A stretch of DNA of 35,009 nt from Anaerolineaceae bacterium (lineage in GTDB: Bacteria > Chloroflexota > Anaerolineae > Anaerolineales > Anaerolineaceae): assembly GCA_017995665.1 (NCBI GenBank), contig JAGOIM010000001.1, forward strand, positions 3,992-39,000. The letters are read 5' to 3'. The notes under the pieces are model-generated. The model ran no database searches. It was given only the letters and a program-made list of their open reading frames with translations, and was not told where the DNA came from. Both the position numbers and the translations under genes were made by a program. Shown here in pieces: positions 25,964-33,353 of this stretch (position 1 is its first letter; every line of letters starts with the position of its first letter).

Positions 25964-26761
25964 TTACTCAGCCTTATTAGTGCGCCACATATAAATACCC
26001 AAGCCAACTCCGGCTAACATGACAATCAAGCCAACAATCCCCAAAATCGGAACGCGACTGACAGTATCGCTTGCGGTATCGGCACCCGGTTGTTCAGCCA
26101 ATTGCGCCCCGAAGTCGATTGTGGCAGCTTCACCTGCCCGAACATCAAGCGGATAATTGGTTACGGTTGTCGGGTTGAAATCGTCTGGGATAGCAATTGA
26201 AATGTTGTAACTTCCGGACGGCAAATCCGTAAAACAGAAAGGCGTCACCAGGTCGGGGTCTCCGGCAACCGTAGTACCTGTAAGCGAAACAGCACCGGTT
26301 CGGTCATTAATACTAACCTCGCCGCCATAGAGATAGTCTTCGCCTGCGGTGCGCATTCCGTTACCGTCCATATCATGGAAGAGGACAATGCAAATCTCTG
26401 CTAAACCTGGCATTGGGGTCAGGGTCGGTGTAATTTCGCCGGCTGGGGTTGTTGCCGTTGCGGTTGGAGGCATAGCGGTAACTTGAACCTGTCCAATCAC
26501 CAGTTTATCTCCGGCAAAAATTGTGCAGGCATCAGTCAAACCATTTAATCGGATGATTTCTTCAATCGACACACCGGTTCGCTCTTGAATCGTTGAACAA
26601 AATTCACCTTCCTGAACCTCGTAGATGATTCTTCCGTTTTCATCAGGAGTCGGTGTATTATATTGCGCTTTTACAATATTAACATCAGAAGCCGCAAAGC
26701 TCAGACTGCACAAAAGTAAAAACAGGATAAAAGAAGATAAAATTTTGGTTCTTGTTTTCAT
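25964..26761 (-). CDS. Secreted LysM plus SdrD-B-like (Ca-binding beta-sandwich) protein with a C-terminal TM anchor
   Basis: A signal peptide is present. The LysM motif is 'CSTIQERTGVSIEEIIRLNGL...GDKLVI', followed by a PT linker. 'FHDMDGNGMRTAGEDYLYGGEVSINDRTG...FTDLPSGSYNISI' resembles the SdrD B-repeat. The C-terminus is 'VPILGIVGLIVMLAGVGLGIYMW-RTNKAE'. Confidence 0.7.
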   Translation of the reverse strand: MKTRTKILSSFILFLLLCSLSFAASDVNIVKAQYNTPTPDENGRIIYEVQEGEFCSTIQERTGVSIEEIIRLNGLTDACTIFAGDKLVIGQVQVTAMPPTATATTPAGEITPTLTPMPGLAEICIVLFHDMDGNGMRTAGEDYLYGGEVSINDRTGAVSLTGTTVAGDPDLVTPFCFTDLPSGSYNISIAIPDDFNPTTVTNYPLDVRAGEAATIDFGAQLAEQPGADTASDTVSRVPILGIVGLIVMLAGVGLGIYMWRTNKAE

Positions 26762-26955
26762 AACATTCTCCTGGATAATTTTCCTTTCCGAATTATATCA
26801 TCAGAGAGAAAAGTCAAAAAAAGGAAGATGTCCAAGGCAAAGCGCGGGGAACGGGAAGCATGGGTCTAATATCCCTGACTCTTTTTCAATCAGCCAAATC
26901 ACGGGTGGAATCACAGCATGTCGGGTTTTTTATTCCGCTTTTTCCTAACAACTCT

Positions 26956-26971
26956 TGGCACAATCCTTGCA
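26956..26971 (+). promoter_or_regulatory. Sigma54 (RpoN) -24/-12 promoter TGGCAC-N5-TTGCA
   Basis: The sequence reads cTTGGCACaatccTTGCAcc. It is intergenic, correctly oriented and about 60 nt upstream of the ATG at 27032. Confidence 0.55.
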
Positions 26972-27031
26972 CCTTAACTATCGCAATAGGTATTTTGCAC
27001 GACTAAAAAGAAAAGGTTAAGGATTCGGTAG

Positions 27032-27490
27032 ATGGAAAAAGATAAGAACGGCAAATTGTTATTAATCGGTATGATTTTGTTCTTTATTGCCGTCATCCTC
27101 TTGGGCGGATTTGTCGGGAAGCAGCTTGTGAAAACAGCCCAAGCCTCAAAGGATTACAAACCTGAAATCCAAAATTCAACCGAGGAATCAGGGGATTTTT
27201 CAGAAAAGGGAGGCTTCCCCTCAATTACACCTTTCATTGCTGATACACCAACCCCAACTCCCACTTCTACCAGCACGCCGACTAACACGCCGACCAATAC
27301 CCCAACTAATACACCTACCAACACACCAACTAACACGGCGACCGTTACAAGCACCCCTGCCACCCCGCCAACAATCGGCGCTCCCGGAAACCCGCAAAGT
27401 TATATCAGTGCCGGTGTGATTTTTGCCTTTTTAGCACTGCTGAGTTTCGGCTTCTATTTCTTCAACTACATTCAGCTCAAACGGAAATAG
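27032..27490 (+). CDS. Small secreted Pro/Thr-stalk protein with a C-terminal hydrophobic segment plus basic tail (sorting-signal-like)
   Basis: The signal peptide has an AQA|S site. The stalk is TPTPTPTSTSTP(TNTP)n. The C-terminus is 'AGVIFAFLALLSFGFYFFNYI-QLKRK'. Confidence 0.6.
   Translation: MEKDKNGKLLLIGMILFFIAVILLGGFVGKQLVKTAQASKDYKPEIQNSTEESGDFSEKGGFPSITPFIADTPTPTPTSTSTPTNTPTNTPTNTPTNTPTNTATVTSTPATPPTIGAPGNPQSYISAGVIFAFLALLSFGFYFFNYIQLKRK
27275..27346 (+). repeat. Six tandem 12-nt units encoding (TPTN)5-TATV, with synonymous-site variation between units
   Basis: The units are acgccgactaac, acgccgaccaat, accccaactaat, acacctaccaac, acaccaactaac and acggcgaccgtt. Confidence 0.85.
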
Positions 27491-27504
27491 CAGAGACTAT
27501 CGGC

Positions 27505-28356
27505 ATGAATAAACAGGTAAAAGCGAAACCTTTCTTCCTGATACTCGGCTTGGTTTTCAGCTTGCTGGCGGGCATCGTCATCGGCAAATCCTTGCGCTAT
27601 AAAAATTCACCGATTCTGGAACTCCTTCCCATCAATTCAAGCCGCTCAAGCATTATTGAAGAGAAACCTCAAGAAAATCAAGGTCCATCCGACATGCAAA
27701 ACCCGGAAAATAGCGCAAACTTGCTCTCAAAGGAAGCAAAGTTTATGAATTTCGCCGGTTTAGACCTGCTCAATGGCGAAGTTGGCTTTCGTTTTGAATC
27801 AAAATGTGATGGCGGTGTCGCTGTTTCCATTCCGCCAATCCAAATTTCAGCCTGGCACGAAAGCGTTTTTGAGGATAACGAATTTGATATCGGCAAAAAC
27901 ATATCTGTCGGCTGGGAACATCTCGGCTACGATGGCTTATGGATTCACTCCGGCTGGGATTTTTGGAACGAGCGTTCCCCGGCGACTGATTTGCAATATT
28001 TTATTGAGACCGACGCGCTCAACGAGGTGCAAGATTTAAAGACGATTGAAACGCGCCTGAACGAATGCTTGCGTGGCAGTTTTGTTAGTTTGTCAGAAGG
28101 CGATACTGTCAAAAACGGCGTTGTGGCAGCAGCCGTACGCATCCCGGCGACTGCAGTTGACGAGATGTCCGGAAAAACAATGGAACTGGTTCCATGGCTG
28201 GCGGAAAAATATCCTGAAAGTGGTTTTGACCGACTGAGTGAAAATGCGCTTTTGATTAATTTTTGTGGCAGGGCAGCTCTGGACGAACGTACTGACCCAA
28301 AAGCCGGCTATTGGACGCAAAGCCGCTATATTCTCGCAATCGAACCGCTTGATTAA
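27505..28356 (+). CDS. N-terminally membrane-anchored hypothetical protein; possible divergent sortase-fold cysteine transpeptidase (by-eye motifs only)
   Basis: The TM is 'FFLILGLVFSLLAGIVIG'. Five motifs occur in sortase order: 'VAVSIPPIQISAW', 'GLWIHSGW', 'LSEGDTV..VVAAAVRIPATAVDEM', 'ALLINFCGR' and 'QSRYILAIEP', the last near the C-terminus. The gene lies 14 nt downstream of the stalk-protein gene. Confidence 0.35.
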   Translation: MNKQVKAKPFFLILGLVFSLLAGIVIGKSLRYKNSPILELLPINSSRSSIIEEKPQENQGPSDMQNPENSANLLSKEAKFMNFAGLDLLNGEVGFRFESKCDGGVAVSIPPIQISAWHESVFEDNEFDIGKNISVGWEHLGYDGLWIHSGWDFWNERSPATDLQYFIETDALNEVQDLKTIETRLNECLRGSFVSLSEGDTVKNGVVAAAVRIPATAVDEMSGKTMELVPWLAEKYPESGFDRLSENALLINFCGRAALDERTDPKAGYWTQSRYILAIEPLD

Positions 28357-28393
28357 TAAAAAGGCTTGTAATAAGGCAGAAATTTCCTAAAGC

Positions 28394-30907
28394 CTAAAGC
28401 AAACTGTTCGGGTCAATTTCAATCAGCCAATCTTTCAGGGGAAGACTGGGGAGTATTTTTTCGACCTCGGGTCCACGTAAGACAATTTGCCAGCGCCAAA
28501 GCCCATGTCTTCGGGCATAATAGGCTGGAACTGGCCCAATAAAATCGCTTTGTTTGAGATTATTATCCTGAATAGCATCCTCAATTAACCTTGCCATTTT
28601 TCGGGCTTCATTTTCTGCTTTCTCTTCGGAAAGATGAAGGTATTCCAGTCGAATCAAGCGATTAAAGGGGGGATAGCCGTACAAGCGCCGATTTTCGAGT
28701 TCTTCTTTATAGAAAGCCTCAAAGTCATGCCGTGAGGCGGCTTGGATGACAGTGTTTTCCGGTTGGTAAGTTTGCATAACAACTTCCCCACCGAGGGGAC
28801 TTCTCCCGGCACGTCCGCTTACCTGGGTCAAAACCTGGAAAGAGCGTTCAGCAGCGCGATAATCCGGCAGGTTCAAACCAACCTCCGCCAAAACAATCCC
28901 AACCAAAGTTACCAAAGGTAAATCCAGACCCTTCGCCAGCATCTGTGTACCTATCAGGATGTCAGCCCGATGAGCACTAAAATGAGACAGAATCAACTCA
29001 TGGTCGCCTTTTTTCGTAGTCGTATCGGCATCCCAGCGCAAAATCCGCGCCTCGGGGAAACGCTTTTTAACAATCTCTTCGAGCTTTGCTGTCCCCAAAC
29101 CAAGTTGTCGGATTTGCTTGCCTCCACATTCGGGGCATTTACTGGGCATTTTACGTGCATAACCACAAAGATGGCAGAGCAAGCCCCGCTTTTCGCCATG
29201 CCAAATCAGGCTTTGCCCGTCATTCGGACAGCGCAAGCATTGCCCGCAATCACGGCAAAAGACATAGGTGGCTTGTCCCCGACGGTTGAGAAAGAGAATT
29301 GCCTGTTGATTTTTACTCAAAATCTTCCCGAGTTTGCTTTCCAATGAGCGCGACAAAACGCCGGTATTGCCACTGATTAACTCTTGACGCATATCCACAA
29401 TTTCTACTTTGGGGAGATCGAAAGTAAGTAAATCATCTACAGCAGGAAGATCAGGCAAGTTAAATTTGAGCGATGTGGCTTGTTCTTCAAGCCTTTGACG
29501 GTGTGCCAAAACCCGTCTAGGCAATTCGAGCAAAGCCCAATCCCCTCTTTGCGCCTTAAAATATTGTTCAACACTCGGTGTGGCACTGCCCAGGATCAAA
29601 TTTGCCTTACTAATTTCTGCCAAAGCTTCTGCTGTTGGCACTGCCTGGTAATACGGCTGACGTTCGCTTTCATCATAAGAACTGTTATCGCATTCATCAA
29701 CAACAATCAAAGCCAGCTTGGGCAGAGGCACAAAAAGGGCACTACGACTGCCAATAATCACCCGCAAATCGCCCTGTCTTGCTCTGCGCCAGGTGTCATA
29801 ACGTTCCCCTTCGGAGAGTTTGGAATGATAGAGCCCAACCTGATTGGGAAAACGCGCCATATAACGACGCACGGTTTGGGCGGTCATCGAAATTTCGGGC
29901 ACCAAAACCAAAGCCTGCTTTCCCTCATCCAGTGCCTTTTGGACTGCCTTCATATAAATTTCGGTCTTACCCGAACCGGTTACGCCATGCAATAGCAGCG
30001 TCCGAGATCTGCTCTTTTGCCATTCTTCGCCAAGCTGTTCCCAAACCTTTTTTTGGTCAACCGTAAATTCCGGTGGCTGGTCCTCATCTACCTCAAGCGC
30101 AGTCAGGGGATCGCGCCAGGTTTCGGTTTCATTGAAATGAATCAGTCCGGCTTCTGCCAGATATGTCAAGTCGGAATATGAAGCACCGGTTTCGGCATAT
30201 ATCCAGGAAAAATCGAGCGGAAAGGCTTTTTTGGCTAACAATTCCACAATTTTCTGTCGCCTTTCCTGGGTAGACGGCTTGCTTCCAAAAATTTCACTTT
30301 CAAGGGAACTAACAGAAGCAGGACTAACCGAAAGTGCAGCTGTCCTCAAAGTCTTTGATGAAACCCGAGCCGGGGATAAGACATTTGTACTTCTGATCAA
30401 GCCCTTTTTCTGGAGATCGTCCAGCCCTTTGCGCCAATTTGTTTGTGGCAGAGCCCGCTCAATTTGCCCTCCCCTTAATTCACCGCGGTTTTGCAATAGC
30501 CTAAGCAGCCGCTGCTGCCCCGCTCCAAAACCCGTTAGCTCAGAAGGCAAGTCCCCCACCAATGCAAGCGACAAATCCGCCTTTCGCGATAAGCCGATTG
30601 GAATCATCAGCTTAAGACAAGCTCCGAGCGGTGCGAAATAGTGTTTTGCCATCCATTCCGCTAACTTGAGTTGTTCTTCCGCTAAAAGAGTTTCGGGTGA
30701 AAGCAATTCCAGGATTTCTTTTGTATCGCTGACTTCCGGCTCGTCCAACAATGCCAAAACCACGCCCTGAACCTCTTGTTTGCCGAAGGGGACGAGAACC
30801 AAATTTCCCACCCTGAGCCTGCCTTGCATTTCGGCAGGAATAGCGTAATGATAACTTTGCTCAATTTGGCTGATGTTGATGCTGACTTCTGCGTAAGCTT
30901 TCATCAT
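28394..30907 (-). CDS. priA: Primosomal protein N' (replication restart helicase PriA)
   Basis: 'LLHGVTGSGKTEIY', 'VVDECD' and the Cys-rich Zn region 'CRDCGQCLRCPNDG..LLCHLCGY....CPECGG' are present, as is 'GTQMLAKGLDLP'. The start is taken at ATG 30907 (MMKAYAEV); the track start at 30931 is a TTG. Confidence 0.9.
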   Translation of the reverse strand: MMKAYAEVSINISQIEQSYHYAIPAEMQGRLRVGNLVLVPFGKQEVQGVVLALLDEPEVSDTKEILELLSPETLLAEEQLKLAEWMAKHYFAPLGACLKLMIPIGLSRKADLSLALVGDLPSELTGFGAGQQRLLRLLQNRGELRGGQIERALPQTNWRKGLDDLQKKGLIRSTNVLSPARVSSKTLRTAALSVSPASVSSLESEIFGSKPSTQERRQKIVELLAKKAFPLDFSWIYAETGASYSDLTYLAEAGLIHFNETETWRDPLTALEVDEDQPPEFTVDQKKVWEQLGEEWQKSRSRTLLLHGVTGSGKTEIYMKAVQKALDEGKQALVLVPEISMTAQTVRRYMARFPNQVGLYHSKLSEGERYDTWRRARQGDLRVIIGSRSALFVPLPKLALIVVDECDNSSYDESERQPYYQAVPTAEALAEISKANLILGSATPSVEQYFKAQRGDWALLELPRRVLAHRQRLEEQATSLKFNLPDLPAVDDLLTFDLPKVEIVDMRQELISGNTGVLSRSLESKLGKILSKNQQAILFLNRRGQATYVFCRDCGQCLRCPNDGQSLIWHGEKRGLLCHLCGYARKMPSKCPECGGKQIRQLGLGTAKLEEIVKKRFPEARILRWDADTTTKKGDHELILSHFSAHRADILIGTQMLAKGLDLPLVTLVGIVLAEVGLNLPDYRAAERSFQVLTQVSGRAGRSPLGGEVVMQTYQPENTVIQAASRHDFEAFYKEELENRRLYGYPPFNRLIRLEYLHLSEEKAENEARKMARLIEDAIQDNNLKQSDFIGPVPAYYARRHGLWRWQIVLRGPEVEKILPSLPLKDWLIEIDPNSLL

Positions 30908-30917
30908 CTGACTGGAC

Positions 30918-31898
30918 TTAAGGTGTAACAAAAACCAAATATTCTGCGGAAAAAATCATTTTATTATGCTGATCAGCCGGAATATCAGATCCACTTAACA
31001 AATAGTTTTGCCACAGTGTCGCCATGGTGGTTTGTCCGGTCATCTGATTTAATTCGTTAAAAGCGAAGAAGGGCGAATAGCGGGCAGCCGAGGCACTCAG
31101 GCGGTCCATGTCGAGATAGAGTTGATTCCAGTCGTCGCCAGGTAAAATGATGGGATGGTCAGCAAATAGAATAACCTCATCGGGCAAACTCCGCAAATAA
31201 TCTTCCAAATCAGCCAGCCGAATACTGCTGAAAAGCGGTTCGCGCTGACTAACCGGAAGAGACCACTCCTGATGCAACTTCCAGGGTTCAAAGAGATCTG
31301 TCGCCTGACGGGCATGGTAGCTGACGTAAGTCGAACCATCAGCCGGCAAACTTCTTATATCCAAACCTGATCCATAAACACCGGTCAGCACGAGTTTCAC
31401 CTCGGATACAAGGTCATTAAATTCGTGTCGAACGCGCAGATAATAAACGGTAACCTCATCACCGAGAACATTAATCACCTCACTGTGAATACCGCGGTCC
31501 ATCAATTGAAAAGCGACCATCGCTGAAAGGCTGATTAGCCCGCCATCTTCCCGATTTTCCTTGCCGGTAACATAGACGTAATCCCAGTCGACAACCCGGC
31601 TGCCGTCGCTCAAAATAGGCAATCCCGCAAGCTGGGTTGGGATAGGCGTCGGCGTGAAGGTCGGTGTTGGGCTTGGCTCAACAGTCGGCGTGGGGGTGAG
31701 GGTTGGGGTTGGCGTGAGGGTCGCGGTCGGTGCCGGGGTCAGCGTGTAAGTTGGGCTGGGCTCAATTGTGTTGGTGGCTGCTTCGGTTGGGAAAGCGGTC
31801 GGTCTGCCTTCATAGATGGGCGTACAAGCCACGTTATTGCCCAACAAGATTGCGAGCACACCAATCAAAATCAATTTTTGCCAAAACTTAATTTTCAT
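30918..31898 (-). CDS. Secreted (possibly lipo-)protein of unknown function with an N-terminal Pro/Thr linker
   Basis: The N-terminus is MKIKFWQKLILIGVLAILLGNNVAC, followed by a PT-rich region of about 60 aa and then a ~230-aa domain with no motif I recognise. The ATG at 31898 lies inside the last codons of the Memo-like gene (11-nt overlap) with an AAGGTGAAGG Shine-Dalgarno. Confidence 0.55.
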   Translation of the reverse strand: MKIKFWQKLILIGVLAILLGNNVACTPIYEGRPTAFPTEAATNTIEPSPTYTLTPAPTATLTPTPTLTPTPTVEPSPTPTFTPTPIPTQLAGLPILSDGSRVVDWDYVYVTGKENREDGGLISLSAMVAFQLMDRGIHSEVINVLGDEVTVYYLRVRHEFNDLVSEVKLVLTGVYGSGLDIRSLPADGSTYVSYHARQATDLFEPWKLHQEWSLPVSQREPLFSSIRLADLEDYLRSLPDEVILFADHPIILPGDDWNQLYLDMDRLSASAARYSPFFAFNELNQMTGQTTMATLWQNYLLSGSDIPADQHNKMIFSAEYLVFVTP

Positions 31899-32763
31899 CG
31901 CCTTCACCTTTAGAAATAATCGCTGAAAGATAGCCGACCACGGACTTTCTATCACCGCTGATGTCACCCGAAGTACGATAATCGGCGATACTAAACTGGT
32001 TTGCCCCAAGTTTTTGAGCGGTCAACCGAACACAGGCAATCGCGCCATAACCACAGGCTTCCACGCTTTGAGCATTCACATTTTTATAGAAATCGATTAA
32101 ATCAAAGTTCTTCAAGCTCTCAATCAAACGATGGTCAAGCTTGTTCGCCTGATTTTGGTTGTGATAATGAGAAAGATCGCTCGAAGCAATCAGGAGAGTA
32201 TCTTCTCCTTCCGGGTAAGAGCTGAACATTTCAACTAATGTAGAGGCTAAAATTTTTACGGTCGAAACAGATTGATCCATCATGCTGATTGGAATCAGCT
32301 TGAAGCCAGCTGTCAAAACTTCCTGCAAGAAAGGTAATTGGATTTCGATGGAATGTTCGCGGTCAAAACGGACAGGATTGAGCGACAAACCTTCCCGAGC
32401 CAATTTTTCAGCCAGAATTTCCAATGCAACGTGATCGACTGGCACCGTGCCAAGCGGTGTGCGATAAGCACTGTGCCCGCTGGTTATCAAATTTCCCTGA
32501 TAGGCTTGATGGGAGGGTGAAAGAATGATGACGCGTTGATAACTTTTGCCCCGAATTGCCTTAAGGGCAAAGGCGGCAGTTTGTCCGGAGTAATAATAGC
32601 CGGCATGGGGCAAAATTAAGGCACAAAGCTTCCCGCTATAAGCAGGAAGCTCAGCCTTGTTCAGGTAGCCCCTGATCTCTTCGCTTAATTCACTGGCATC
32701 ACTTGGATACCAAGAACCAGAAATTGGTGATGGGCGAAAGTCTTCGCCTTCTGCGTCTGCCAT
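31888..32763 (-). CDS. MEMO1-family protein (AmmeMemoRadiSam system protein B type)
   Basis: 'SGSWYP', 'LILPHAGYYYSG', 'VIILSPSH' and 'SSDLSHY' are characteristic Memo motifs. Confidence 0.8.
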   Translation of the reverse strand: MADAEGEDFRPSPISGSWYPSDASELSEEIRGYLNKAELPAYSGKLCALILPHAGYYYSGQTAAFALKAIRGKSYQRVIILSPSHQAYQGNLITSGHSAYRTPLGTVPVDHVALEILAEKLAREGLSLNPVRFDREHSIEIQLPFLQEVLTAGFKLIPISMMDQSVSTVKILASTLVEMFSSYPEGEDTLLIASSDLSHYHNQNQANKLDHRLIESLKNFDLIDFYKNVNAQSVEACGYGAIACVRLTAQKLGANQFSIADYRTSGDISGDRKSVVGYLSAIISKGEGDEN

Positions 32764-32769
32764 AGCTCT

Positions 32770-32778
32770 ATTTTAGCA
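32770..32778 (-). promoter_or_regulatory. Extended -10 TGcTAAAAT lying 6 nt upstream of the Memo-like ATG (leaderless candidate)
   Basis: The minus strand reads cgTGcTAAAATagagctATG. There is no Shine-Dalgarno. Confidence 0.45.
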
Positions 32779-32801
32779 CGGGCAGCACTTTTCGTTCGAA
32801 C

Positions 32802-33248
32802 TTATTTTTTCTTCAACGATTCGTTGTAATAATCGGTATATTCCCTCAGCAAACCGAGCAAGCGTTCCAGTTCCTCATCACTGTGATGGTTGGAGAAAAC
32901 CTCAAAAATCTCACGAATGTGTTCGGAAATTTCATTGGTGGATTCGACACCGAGTTTATCCAAAACAATCGTCCAGACTCGTTTGTCTTCAGCATGACGG
33001 GTGCGGGCAATAAAACCTTTTTCTTCGAGCATTTTACAGGTTTTGCTCAGGTTGCCGGGGTTAATATCCAGCTCTTCAGCCAATTCGGTCAAAGTGGTGG
33101 ATTCGTTTGATCTGATCTGCAGCAAAATGCGAACCTGCTGTTGGGTCAAATCGTATTTCTTGCAAAATTCGGCGCAAATCCCCATTCTGCTTTTCTGCAT
33201 TTCTCTGGTCAGATACCAAAGTTCCCAAATAAAATCTTCTTTTCTCAT
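32802..33248 (-). CDS. MarR-family transcriptional regulator
   Basis: The winged HTH is 'LTQQQVRILLQI....TTLTELAEELDINPGNLSKTCKMLEEKGFIARTRHAEDKR'. A GGAGGAAG Shine-Dalgarno lies upstream. Confidence 0.85.
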   Translation of the reverse strand: MRKEDFIWELWYLTREMQKSRMGICAEFCKKYDLTQQQVRILLQIRSNESTTLTELAEELDINPGNLSKTCKMLEEKGFIARTRHAEDKRVWTIVLDKLGVESTNEISEHIREIFEVFSNHHSDEELERLLGLLREYTDYYNESLKKK

Positions 33249-33353
33249 TCTTCCTCCAAAGGTATATATTGTTGATTTTGTGATTATCTAATAATAATAC
33301 TAATGAAATCAATTAGCAACTATAAATACAATATGTGTATATACTATTCTGCC

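Noticed and set aside
27275-27346. Short tandem repeats here and the GC-rich repetitive stretches at about 31630-31760 and 33990-34130, considered as a possible CRISPR array or VNTR.
   Set aside because: All lie in frame inside CDSs and encode Pro/Thr linkers. The units are 12 nt or irregular with no spacers, and no cas genes are present.
27965-27978. A second perfect GAAC-N4-GTTC palindrome (GGAACGAGCGTTCC).
   Set aside because: It lies in the middle of a CDS. About 0.5 such 8-nt-specified palindromes are expected by chance in 35 kb, and there is no promoter context.
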